Part shown: positions 39,188-48,284 of the stretch, in pieces
How the letters are laid out: every line of letters begins with the position of its first letter
How positions within the stretch are numbered: position 1 is the first letter of the stretch
Origin: a virus
IMG/VR virus record: IMGVR_UViG_3300015371_000017
Coordinates: 11,101-75,100 of that record
Direction: 5' to 3' (one strand)
Length of the DNA: 64,000 bases
Program-made: the position numbers and the translations under genes
The notes under the pieces: model-generated
Database searches by the model: none
Seen by the model: the letters and a program-made list of their open reading frames with translations, nothing else
What the model was told of the DNA's origin: nothing

Positions 39188-39883
39188 TCACTGTTCTAGA
39201 TTGCTCTCTTGCGGCGCTAACTCATTGCTGGTGTTAGACTTATCGAGCAATGAACCGCTGGGCCACACCTCTGGATGCACACTCGCGTCCAGGTCAGCAG
39301 AGTAATCCTCGTCTGACTTGTCGGCGTAGCTTATTTGATATTCTCGCTCAATCTCAAGAGGATCATCGCCGGAGTTACTGGCTAATTTAGCGATATTACG
39401 GGACATTTTAGCTTTGAAGGATGAGAAGTCGAAGGAAGAGACCGAAGACTCTACTTTATCAGTGAATAATGCGTGGATTTTACCGACATCGCGCTGAGCT
39501 TCGTGAGCGGAGTAAGTTTCCAATCCGATGACTTTGCCAGAGTCCTTATCAAACTTCAGTGATTTGATTAGTTTTGATTTATTGCGGGCTTTTGCTGAGG
39601 AAATATTAAAAGAGCCATCAGGCTCAAGAACATCAGCAATGTCAGCGCGGGCAATATCTGAGAGTCTTTCGACAACCTCGTCAGCGTCCATTTTGGCCTT
39701 ACGAAGAGCCGCTTCAGTTACTTGGTTAATCATAGCTTTGATTTTAGCGGATTTAAGCAACCGATGCGCAGTTACTCCGGCTGCGAAGTATCCTTGCTTA
39801 TAACCAGCTGCGAATACCGCCTGAACGCCATTGCCGCCGTTTCTAATGTACTCAGCAGCGAATAGTCTGTGTTGCGGCCTCAA
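39188..39883 (-). CDS. terS: Terminase small subunit
   Basis: FAAEYIRNGGNGVQAVFAAGY...AHRLLK...ADEVVERLSDIARAD...GKIHALFTDKVE (Terminase_2-like). Confidence 0.85.
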   Translation of the reverse strand: MRPQHRLFAAEYIRNGGNGVQAVFAAGYKQGYFAAGVTAHRLLKSAKIKAMINQVTEAALRKAKMDADEVVERLSDIARADIADVLEPDGSFNISSAKARNKSKLIKSLKFDKDSGKVIGLETYSAHEAQRDVGKIHALFTDKVESSVSSFDFSSFKAKMSRNIAKLASNSGDDPLEIEREYQISYADKSDEDYSADLDASVHPEVWPSGSLLDKSNTSNELAPQESNLEQ

Positions 39884-40119
39884 TGTCTCGTGCCTCGTTG
39901 TGCATAGTTCAGAATCAGCCGACAGACCGCGATAAACTCATCATAAGACTTAGCCCGATTGATTCGCCATGTTGTTAATACCACATTTCCCTTCTGATAA
40001 GGTAGAGAACTGTCAAGGTGATCAATACTAAGCGAGTCTAATCTAATAAGCACCGTCAATCGTCGTTTCCAGCTTGAGCGGTAATGACGTTCGCCGGTGA
40101 ATTTAAGAACGGGATTCAT
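39880..40119 (-). pseudogene. Truncated HNH endonuclease remnant
   Basis: SIDHLDSSLPYQKGNVVLTTWRINRAKS resembles an HNH C-terminal core. The N-terminal part looks unrelated. Confidence 0.5.
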
Positions 40120-40306
40120 GTAAAATCTTCACTCGAAATAGAGTGTTGCTTGGCTTCAGTGTAAGAAATTCACTCCAAATAATCAATAGTCTTTTCAATG
40201 ACTTACAAGAATCGTGTAAATTATTCATTCCAAACGGAATAGCGTTACAAATGGTGACGCGTTTTTGTTAGGGAATTTCACTGGTTTGCGTGGCATACGC
40301 TTCGCT
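40119..40306 (+). promoter_or_regulatory. sigma54-like promoter with three upstream direct repeats and an IHF-like site
   Basis: TGGCATACGCTTCGCT (40291-40306) has GG-N10-GC spacing. TGTAA-N4-TTCAYTCSAAA at 40119, 40160 and 40215. TTTCAATGACTTA at 40193. Confidence 0.5.
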
Positions 40307-40377
40307 GTAGAAATAACTGAAGACGCCAATCACGGCAAGCGGCCAAGCGAATCTTGGACAAATAGGAGCGAAAACGA

Positions 40378-40764
40378 ATTGAATTAACCCTTCACCGCTG
40401 GGCAGAGGCCGAATGCAACGGTGAGATTCAGCGTGAGGAAATCCCCGCTTATAGCTGTTCGATTTGCGCAGGCGAACCAACGCTTGAAATTTGCCCAGTT
40501 CACCCGGCAACGTTCGAGAAGATCTATTTGGAAGGCAAGCCACGTCGTTACTACGGTCAGAACATGGATCATAGCTATTCGATTGCCGACCGTGAGGCTG
40601 GCGCACTCAAGCGACTGAACAAGATCATGGCCGCACACCCTGACTGGCTTGCTTACCATCAAGGCGATCCGCGCGGCTGTGCACTCTACATTATCCAGAA
40701 AGAGCGGCTGGGCAACCGACCAATCGATTCTTACTACTCACAAGGCTTCAGAGTCTGCTTCTGA
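40378..40764 (+). CDS. Early phage protein (HRWAEAECNG...YHQGDPRGCALY), ATT start or 5'-truncated
   Basis: Frame is open 50 codons upstream of the track ORF 40528. AGGAG lies 9 nt before ATT 40378 and an in-frame TAG lies just upstream. Confidence 0.55.
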   Translation: MELTLHRWAEAECNGEIQREEIPAYSCSICAGEPTLEICPVHPATFEKIYLEGKPRRYYGQNMDHSYSIADREAGALKRLNKIMAAHPDWLAYHQGDPRGCALYIIQKERLGNRPIDSYYSQGFRVCF

Positions 40765-41140
40765 TTTTCAAAGATCGCAGCCTGAATTATACACCTATTC
40801 AGGTTGTGACGTTTGAAAACTTCCGGCCTGTGACGCTTAACACTATCGGACTGAGACTCCGCTCCGTGAAGAGCATGAGTCAGATGCGCGAAATGATCCG
40901 AGCGGGCCGGTACACGCAGCAACCAAAGGAGCAGAAGTGATGATTAAACAAGGGAATTATAGCTTTAACTCCCGTACCGTAGGAGGTCACATTGACCGAG
41001 AATAATCACGTTAGGTGCTTGACTCCCGCACTAGAATTTGAGAGAATCAGGGTGTTCAAAGAAGCGGCCCTGCCAGTGTTACAGCACCGACAAGGCCATA
41101 GCCACAACCTGATTCACCGTGTTAAGGAGAAAATCAAGTC

Positions 41141-41557
41141 ATGACCAACCCAAATTCTAGTGAAGAGCCGCTCCGGTTTCAAGTGTATTACTCTGGCGGG
41201 CCGGGCACTGTGCCCGAATGGTATTTAGTCTCTGAATGGGCCTCGCAAGCTGCGGCTGAGGACTACATCAAACATCACGACCATTACGGTGCGCTGTGGG
41301 CCGTAATTGATTCCTTTTCTTGCGGCATCAAACATGAAATCTCGTGTGATAGCGACTGCGGTGCGGAAACAAACGGCCTAAGCCTATCGCCCGACCCGGA
41401 GAGCAATCAATGGTACGCTTTCTATTTGCATGACACCGTAGGTCGTGATGGTTACTTCGGCGCAGCGTCCCAAGTTGTAGCTGGCCCTGTACCCACCGAA
41501 TCGTCACTCAAGGCACTGATCGCAGTGGTTGGCACTGACGGGAGGTTCCGCCAATGA
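41141..41557 (+). CDS. IS passenger gene 1, hypothetical
   Basis: Inside the TIRs. AAGGAG RBS and TTGACT...GAGAAT promoter. Confidence 0.65.
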   Translation: MTNPNSSEEPLRFQVYYSGGPGTVPEWYLVSEWASQAAAEDYIKHHDHYGALWAVIDSFSCGIKHEISCDSDCGAETNGLSLSPDPESNQWYAFYLHDTVGRDGYFGAASQVVAGPVPTESSLKALIAVVGTDGRFRQ

Positions 41558-41841
41558 CCGACGTAGCTTGCATTTGTCCCGTAGTAGAAATCCGCGATAG
41601 CGGCGATTTCGTTACTGAGGCTATGATGCTGAAGATCGCCCGTGATCTGAGAGCTACCGTCACGCTGTCAAATCCGAAGTCGCACAGAACGGTATTCGGC
41701 AAACACCTGATGACTTGCCCTTGCTGGACGCGATCATCTGAAGGCTTTAAGGCGGGGCTGTGCGTAGGCCGTTTTGGAACTAACTCAGATGGGTGTACGA
41801 AGTGCGGGCTGTCTCGCGCAGATCACGGGGAGGCGCAATGA
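41554..41841 (+). CDS. IS passenger gene 2, Cys-rich hypothetical
   Basis: ATGA-coupled to passenger 1 and to the transposase. Confidence 0.6.
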   Translation: MTDVACICPVVEIRDSGDFVTEAMMLKIARDLRATVTLSNPKSHRTVFGKHLMTCPCWTRSSEGFKAGLCVGRFGTNSDGCTKCGLSRADHGEAQ

Positions 41842-42755
41842 GCCGCAGCACAATCTCAACCTTCCAACTATTCGAGTTAATCCCTGACGCAGAGTCGGCC
41901 CGTCTCTACCTTGAGGGCCGACTGTGGCCCAACGGTGCGACGTGTCCGACTTGCAAAAAGGGCGACCGCATCACAACGCGGAAAGGCGGTTACTATCGCT
42001 GCAACGCTTGTCAGTTGGATTTCACTGTCCGAACGGGAACTATCTTTGAGCGGTCGCATATTCCGCTTCACAAGTGGGTTTATGCGATGTATCTCATGGT
42101 GACGGCCCGCAAGGGCATTTCGTCGCTACAGTTGGCGAAGGAGATCGGGATCGGCCAAAAGGCTGCATGGTTCATGCTTCACCGTCTCCGCGAGGCTTGC
42201 GGGAAGGATATAGAGAAGCTACGCGGCATTATCGAAGTTGATGAGACGTTCATCGGCGGTCGTGAGTCTAACAAGCACGAGAACAAAAAGCTGAAACAGG
42301 GACGCGGTTCGGTTGGCAAAACTCCAGTGCTCGGAATGCGAGAGCGCGGCGGCAACACTAAGGCGTTTGTTCTGGACGGTTCCGATCTTGGCACGATTCA
42401 ACAATGCCTTTTCGATAACATCGAAATCGGATCGACCATCTACAGCGACGAGCATCACAGCTACTCTGGCCTTGACGGGCTTTTCTTCAAACACGCCGCT
42501 GTCAATCACAGTGCTGGACACTTCGCACGCGGCCCGGTTAACACGAACAGCATAGAGTCTGTTTGGGCCGTCATGAAGCGCGGCGTCAACGGCGTCTATC
42601 ACCACATCAGCAAGAAGCACACAGAGCGTTACGTTGACGAATTTACTTTCCGGCTGAACGCGGGTGACGTGCGCCGTCACACCTTAAAGCGGCTCGATTC
42701 CTTCATTGATGCCGTTAAGGACAAGCGCATCACTTACGCGGAGCTAACAGCATGA
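41838..42755 (+). CDS. IS1595/ISXO2-like DDE transposase
   Basis: Zn ribbon CPTC...CNAC, GTIFERSHIPLHKW, EVDETFIGG, IYSDE, NSIESVWAVMKR, YVDEFTFRLN. Confidence 0.95.
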   Translation: MSRSTISTFQLFELIPDAESARLYLEGRLWPNGATCPTCKKGDRITTRKGGYYRCNACQLDFTVRTGTIFERSHIPLHKWVYAMYLMVTARKGISSLQLAKEIGIGQKAAWFMLHRLREACGKDIEKLRGIIEVDETFIGGRESNKHENKKLKQGRGSVGKTPVLGMRERGGNTKAFVLDGSDLGTIQQCLFDNIEIGSTIYSDEHHSYSGLDGLFFKHAAVNHSAGHFARGPVNTNSIESVWAVMKRGVNGVYHHISKKHTERYVDEFTFRLNAGDVRRHTLKRLDSFIDAVKDKRITYAELTA

Positions 42756-42889
42756 AACCGCGTGAGGCTTTAGACGCGATCACGGACATTGTTTTGACCT
42801 ATCGCCCGAAGTCTAAAGAGAAGAAACCCCGCAAGCGTAAGACGAAGAAGAAACGGAAGAAAAATGAGAAACGGGAGTCAAAGATATAA
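42752..42889 (+). CDS. 45-aa basic ORF ending in the right TIR
   Basis: MKPREALDAITDIVLTYRPKSKEKKPRKRK..., ATGA-coupled to the transposase. Confidence 0.55.
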   Translation: MKPREALDAITDIVLTYRPKSKEKKPRKRKTKKKRKKNEKRESKI

Positions 42890-43181
42890 TTCCCTTAAAC
42901 AAGACGACCGTACAGAGGCGCAGAAAGCAACTCATCAATGGGGCGTAGTTGCTAAGGATAAGTTTATGTCTGGCTGGGGCGGTGCAAGCAATGGTGCGTC
43001 TCGCTGTGCTTGGGCTTGTGCGCCTGATGTCAACATTGACCGTGTTGAGAATTGGGTTCGCAGCCGCTCGGAAATGATCTACGTGAACGTGGTTGACCTC
43101 AACACCTATCGGCCACCAGCAGGAACGGCTCATTTCCGCATTTACGTGGCTAATGCAGATCATCCGGCAGCGAGATACTAA
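42864..43181 (+). CDS. IS-interrupted early gene, in frame with an ATG in the IS right end
   Basis: Original start is ATG ATT AAA CAA at 40940 with an AAGGAG RBS. The body continues GAC GAC CGT at 42903. Confidence 0.7.
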   Translation: MRNGSQRYNSLKQDDRTEAQKATHQWGVVAKDKFMSGWGGASNGASRCAWACAPDVNIDRVENWVRSRSEMIYVNVVDLNTYRPPAGTAHFRIYVANADHPAARY

Positions 43182-43218
43182 CCAACACACAGCAGCAACA
43201 AGCAAAGGAGAAGGGGCA

Positions 43219-44450
43219 ATGACGGACAGCAACAATTACAAGATAGAACTAACCGAGGCCGAAACACAGCGTTATCGCTCAGGCGACAAGAACGGGCTAC
43301 AGTCCGAGGCAGAGATGCAAGCCAACTCGCGCCTGTGTGATGTCTATCTGATCGCAAGCGACGGCAAGACTTTGTTTCGAGCATATCCGCAAGACAGACG
43401 TAACAGTCAGTGACGGTGCGCTTTGGTAGGTTAGCGGCATCTTCGCTGAGGATGTCGCTACGTATGAACAAGCAACCAGTCAAGGAGAAACAATGAACTT
43501 ACCATCTTGGATGTACAGTCAGATTATCACCGATAAAACCACTAAGGCCGTCTGGTGCTACTGCGGTGCCCCTGCAATCACCTATTGCAACGGATCGCAA
43601 TTCGTTTGCGACGGCGGTGGCTTAAGCCACGGCCTGAGTACCAAGAGCAGTTAGAACAGGTTTGCAAGGACGCACTAGCTAAGGCTCGCGGTGACTCTAT
43701 GCGAAAACGGAAACCACGGAAAGCAACGAGAGACGCCTACGGGCAGAAAGGTTGAGACAATGGGATTCGTCGGACAGGTAGGATTTAGACCGGGCTTTGG
43801 GCCAATCTACCGCGCTGAGAAAGTTGACGAGCCTGCGGGTTTTACAGGCCGTACCTTGACTGTTTCCTACCGATCTGAGACTTACACGCGACTGATTGAA
43901 CTTGGTAGGCCTGACCTCGCTAAACACCATTTGATTCAGATTGCCCGCAATGGCCGGACGGTTTACGCCTCGAAACAAAGTGCTTTAAGAGACGCACGAC
44001 GACGATATCAAGGATGAGATGCCCGAGCGGCAGAAAGGTTGAGACAATGGACAACGAGCCGAATCCTAACAAGTTCTACAAGTGGACAGTGGAAATAGAA
44101 GTTAGCGAGGTTTGGGTTGCTGATGGCTTTGAAGTAACCGCCGAGCGGCTTCAGGAAATGTTGCAAGAGGCTATCGGCTTCTCGCACGAGAATGAAACTC
44201 GCGTTCGCGTAGTTAAAGCGCCGACCGTCAACGCAATCCGTAAGGCGCAAGGGTACGAGGCTGCATAACATCAAGAAAGAGAATCACCATGAGCAATTCA
44301 GAAATTGTTGAAGCGGTAAAAGCAAAGTTTGATGAGTTAACGCGAAGCATTCCGTTAAGTGACTACGCTGAGGTTTGCGCCGAGCTGTCTGATGACTTCA
44401 GCGTTCGATCCGAAGCCGCAGAAGCAGACTTGGAAAGCGGCCAAGAGTAA
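43219..44450 (+). CDS. Small early genes (43219-43413, 43493-43654, 43760-44017, 44047-44268, 44289-44450)
   Basis: Short ORFs with purine-rich RBSs, separated by hairpins. Confidence 0.5.
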
Positions 44451-44706
44451 GCCGACTGACCGCATCCCTTACGGCGTCCGCGTGAGACGAGGATTTAGAG
44501 ACTGAAACCCTGAGAGGATAAGGTTGAGTGACGCGGAGCAGTAGCCACTCACGCTGCTGGATTTAATTCAGACCAGTCAGACTGTGCGGCCACGGGCCAG
44601 TAAAGTCAGACCCTTCCAGGTACATGCGCCGTGTTATAATAGCCAAAGTCGCCAACGGGTTCTGTCCGCTGACGACTCATTCCAAAACCTATGATGGAGG
44701 TTTCAG

Positions 44707-45181
44707 ATGGCTATTCCAAATCCTAGCACTAAACATGGACATTGCAAGCAGAAGGCAAGCCCAGAATATAACGCATGGGCGCACATGAAAGACCGCTGCT
44801 TGAATCCTCAGAATCATGCCTATAATTCTTACGGAGGTCGCGGTATTCAAGTTTGCGACCGTTGGCGCGATTCATTTCGAGGACTTTTTAGCCGATGTAG
44901 GACCTCGGCCTAGCTCAGATCATTCACTTGATCGCTATCCCGATCCAAATGGAAATTACGAGCCGAGTAATATTCGGCGGGCTACAAGAGTGGAGCAAGG
45001 CCGCAACAGAAGTAACAATCTGCGCGCCACGCTAAATGGTCACAATCGGACGGTGGTTGAATGGGTCGAAGAACGGCAGCTTGACTATAACAACGTGCGT
45101 TCACGCATCGCGCGAGGCATGACACCAGAAGAGGCGCTAACCAAGCCGTTTCGATCACGTAAACGCAGAGAACGAAACTAG
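44707..45181 (+). pseudogene. HNH endonuclease split by a +1 frameshift
   Basis: Frame 1 YNAWAHMKDRC...YGGRGIQVCDRWRDSF joins the +1 frame FEDFLADVGPRPS..HSLDR.PDPNGNYEPSN at TCA TTT CGA (44872-44880). Confidence 0.85.
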
Positions 45182-45462
45182 CCCGTAACGCCGCCAATCT
45201 CTTCGCAGAGTTCGATTAGTTCAGTAACCTTGGCGGGCACTTGATCCTTGTGCGAGTTTGCTTCATCTTCAAACCAATGAAGAATCGCACTGAGACGATT
45301 AGCATCCGCTTCAGTGAGCGAGTCGCCCATAAACATAGCGAGATTGCGGGCGGCGGCAGAAGCGGACGAGACTTTTTCTTTTAGGTTAGGCGAAAGGGAT
45401 GAATCAGCGAGCGCGATCCCCACTTCCGAATCGCAAATAATTATGTACGTTGCTTTGGACAT
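45178..45462 (-). CDS. Hypothetical protein
   Basis: AGGAG RBS, last gene of the minus-strand cluster. Confidence 0.55.
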   Translation of the reverse strand: MSKATYIIICDSEVGIALADSSLSPNLKEKVSSASAAARNLAMFMGDSLTEADANRLSAILHWFEDEANSHKDQVPAKVTELIELCEEIGGVTG

Positions 45463-45478
45463 GTCGGGGGAATTCTCC

Positions 45479-45919
45479 TTAGTTTTGTTTGCGTTTGTCG
45501 ATTAGGTCGAGTTGCTGCTGGCTTAACATGCCCTTGATTTCTTTCAAGTTGCCATTCATAACTTCGCGCCACGCTTGCATCTCGTGCTGATTGTCGGTGT
45601 CCTCTTTTTGTTTAGCCATTAAGGCTTCCTTAGTGAGTTTGAGTTCGGTCTTAATCTCGATCATGGCGTCGTGGTCGGTTGACCGTGCCCACCACGACTG
45701 CCCCATGAAAGCTAAGAACGCGCCAAGTATGCAAACAGCAACCCACTTGGGCATCGTTACCGAGTCAATTTGTTTGTTGACTGTCACGTGCTCCCAATTA
45801 GTCGGTGAAAGTGCCGCGACAAATTTAGATAGCACTCCTTGCGGCGTTTTCGGCAATGTAGTTCCGCTCCCGTCCCTAACGTGAGGGACAGCGCGAATCT
45901 GGGATGCTGGTGCTGACAT
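45479..45919 (-). CDS. Membrane-anchored coiled-coil protein (lysis-associated?)
   Basis: One TM segment WVAVCILGAFLAFMG followed by coiled coil. Confidence 0.5.
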   Translation of the reverse strand: MSAPASQIRAVPHVRDGSGTTLPKTPQGVLSKFVAALSPTNWEHVTVNKQIDSVTMPKWVAVCILGAFLAFMGQSWWARSTDHDAMIEIKTELKLTKEALMAKQKEDTDNQHEMQAWREVMNGNLKEIKGMLSQQQLDLIDKRKQN

Positions 45920-45978
45920 GTGTTCAACTTACACCTCTAGCGAGAGATGGAGTATTACAGTCACGTTGTATTTTCAGT

Positions 45979-46158
45979 TTAGGCCGGAGGCGGATTCAGG
46001 TCTGCGTCTGCCGCGTCGATTGCGCTCTTGAGCGTATCAAGGTCGGCTGATTCGATTGCTTGCCCAGCGTCCACCTGTGCCTTGAGCGCGTCCACCTTTG
46101 CTTTCACGTCCGCTACGAATTTTGCGAAATCATCTTTTACGTCCTGAAGTGTTGCCAT
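45979..46158 (-). CDS. 59-aa coiled-coil protein
   Basis: Not in the track. MATLQDVKDDFAKFVADVKAKVDALKAQ...LNPPPA. Confidence 0.6.
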   Translation of the reverse strand: MATLQDVKDDFAKFVADVKAKVDALKAQVDAGQAIESADLDTLKSAIDAADADLNPPPA

Positions 46159-46549
46159 TTTACTTATGCTCCTTCTGTTTGGTTAATTGCCTCATCTGCT
46201 TTGTCAATCAAATCCTTGAGTTGATCGAGGTCAGCAGACTCCTTGTTTTGTGCGGCGATGACTAACGTGCGGCGATCATAAGATCGCTGCCACCCTTCGA
46301 TGCCCTTGTTTACGGCACCCAGAAACCCGCGCAGCAGAAAATCAAGATTGCTGCCGTGCTCAACTTCGTGAAAGATTCTCATGCTTGACCCTCAATCTCG
46401 CCGCACGACAAGAGATTACACTATAATCATCTGCCTTGTCGCTCTTTATTCTGCAAGCTAAGCACTCCTCATCTAATGGCGAAATAAATTCCCGCGAAGG
46501 CTTGCGTTCTAAGCATTTCCAGCAGAGTTTCCAATCAAGGTCGTCCATT

Positions 46550-47347
46550 TTAATGAAGTCCGCCTCTGCCTACGATAAACGCAAGGATCGCGAGTGTTAA
46601 CCCCAAAACGGCAATCAGGTATTTACTATTGTCCCGCTGCTCAATTTTAGTTTCTTGCGTTCCAACTGTCCGACCTTCGCCGCGATCTAAGCGTGATTTG
46701 AGATCGTTGATCTTGTCGTTCATGCTGCTAGCCGTTGAACCAATGAGCGTTCCTATTTGGTCGATTTGTTTTGTAAAAGCACTCTCACTTTTGGCAATGG
46801 CCGCTGCGTTGCTCACGTTTGTTGCGACCGCTGATTCCTTCTGCGCTTGAAGTGCGGCGGCGATAGCGGTCTTGTCAGCTATCGAAAGCTGTTCAGTTCG
46901 CTTATCACGTTCTGTGAATTGAACCTCGATACTACGGAACTTCTCATCGTCAACTACTCTGTGCTGCGCAAACTTTTCATCAACCGACTTGATCATTCCT
47001 TCAAACTTCTCGTTGACTCGTTTCTCCGCGTCGGTTAGGGCATTGCGCTGTTCGGTCTGAACCTTATCAATCGAAACAACGATACTCTTCTCGGCCTTGT
47101 CTAGTCCGGTCTGAATGTTCTGGGCAGCAGCAACCAAGGCTTCCTTGCTTCCAGTTTCAAAAGTATTGATTCGTTCGGTAAGCGCCCTCAACTTAGCTTC
47201 AAAGATTTCAGAAAGCGCGGCAATCTCCCGCTCAAGCTGGCGAGTTGTAAGTGTGGTTGGATCGGGGCGGGGCACTATGTCGCCGTGATCAACAACGTCA
47301 TCGCGGGGAATTTGGTGCTTGTCTCTGTCTTCGTCGCTTTGTCTCAT
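46550..47347 (-). CDS. Coiled-coil protein with C-terminal TM helix
   Basis: Long heptad region, AIAAALQAQKE, C-terminal LIAVLGLTLAILAFIV. Confidence 0.65.
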   Translation of the reverse strand: MRQSDEDRDKHQIPRDDVVDHGDIVPRPDPTTLTTRQLEREIAALSEIFEAKLRALTERINTFETGSKEALVAAAQNIQTGLDKAEKSIVVSIDKVQTEQRNALTDAEKRVNEKFEGMIKSVDEKFAQHRVVDDEKFRSIEVQFTERDKRTEQLSIADKTAIAAALQAQKESAVATNVSNAAAIAKSESAFTKQIDQIGTLIGSTASSMNDKINDLKSRLDRGEGRTVGTQETKIEQRDNSKYLIAVLGLTLAILAFIVGRGGLH

Positions 47348-47606
47348 TCACGATTCACCTTCTGTCTGAGGACGTAAAGGTTTGCCACAATAAGAACATG
47401 CGTATTGCTCGGATGAATTTTCCTCACCGCAATGCGAACACGTTACTGCCACCGCCTAACCACCTTCCCAAACAGTCCCAGCGGCACAACCACAAACACA
47501 AACAACAATAGACCGAAGATTAGTTCGATGCGTCCCACGATCTTATCCGTGGCGCTGACATCAAGCCTGTCGCCCGCAGCAAGTTTCACAGTGTAGACGC
47601 TTCGCT

Positions 47607-48053
47607 TCAATCTTTCGGTACGCCGTTCTTGCACTTCTCTGGATAATAACCACAGCCCCAGACCGGCTTAGCAGCGTACTCCGCCAGCACTGAGTTCTCT
47701 TGGCTCGCGATAATCGACGGCGCAGGCGGAAAATGATTCAACAGAATATGGAGGCCGATGTCTACGAGTGCCAGCCCTCTGCTTTGACCATGCTGGGCAA
47801 CGAAGGCATCGAACCGTGGCACAAAGGCTCTCAACAGACCAGGTACGATGTCCTTCTTTCCGTTGCGCACAGCATCGCAGATTACGTGTCCGTCTCTGCT
47901 CAACTCCGCGAAGATAGGATCGTTTGGAAACTGAGTTGACGCTAACTGAAATCCTGTCATTACGTCATCACAGAGCATAGCCTTGTTGCAGCTAAAACCA
48001 AGTGTTGCGTAAGCCAGGACTGCGACTAAAGCAATCGATGTGAGTCTTTTCAT
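47607..48053 (-). CDS. Putative lipoprotein (spanin-like?)
   Basis: MKRLTSIALVAVLAYATLGFSC signal ending in Cys. Confidence 0.55.
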   Translation of the reverse strand: MKRLTSIALVAVLAYATLGFSCNKAMLCDDVMTGFQLASTQFPNDPIFAELSRDGHVICDAVRNGKKDIVPGLLRAFVPRFDAFVAQHGQSRGLALVDIGLHILLNHFPPAPSIIASQENSVLAEYAAKPVWGCGYYPEKCKNGVPKD

Positions 48054-48062
48054 AGATTCTCC

Positions 48063-48284
48063 TTAGCAAATCGAATGTAATCCACCCTGCGCGAACTGAA
48101 TCAAAAGGATCAGTAACAGAATCAGCGCGATCACTAATACGATCCACTGAGCGTAAGCGTTGATTGGCGCGGGTAGTTTGCTCAGAATGAGCCACAGAAT
48201 CAAAAGAAAGACGACGACAATCAGCGCCCAAATTAGAAGGGTTGGCAAACACGACAAGCCTAACCCTGCAAGTAATAGAATCAT
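48063..48284 (-). CDS. Small multi-TM membrane protein (holin-like)
   Basis: Almost entirely hydrophobic, 2-3 TM helices. Confidence 0.55.
   Translation of the reverse strand: MILLLAGLGLSCLPTLLIWALIVVVFLLILWLILSKLPAPINAYAQWIVLVIALILLLILLIQFAQGGLHSIC

Larger units (their letters stand above)
40952..42894 (+). mobile_element. IS1595-family element with passenger genes (1943 bp)
   Basis: 24-bp TIRs GGGAATTATAGCTTTAACTCCCGT (40952-40975) and ACGGGAGTCAAAGATATAATTCCC (42871-42894), 2 mismatches. 8-bp TSD TTAAACAA at 40944-40951 and 42895-42902. Confidence 0.95.

Noticed and set aside
40845-40900. Hammerhead ribozyme (CTGAGA...GAAA)
   Set aside because: The core lacks CUGANGA and the stems do not connect as required.
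42219-42680. 153-aa ORF antisense to the transposase
   Set aside because: In-register antisense shadow with no coupling or RBS.
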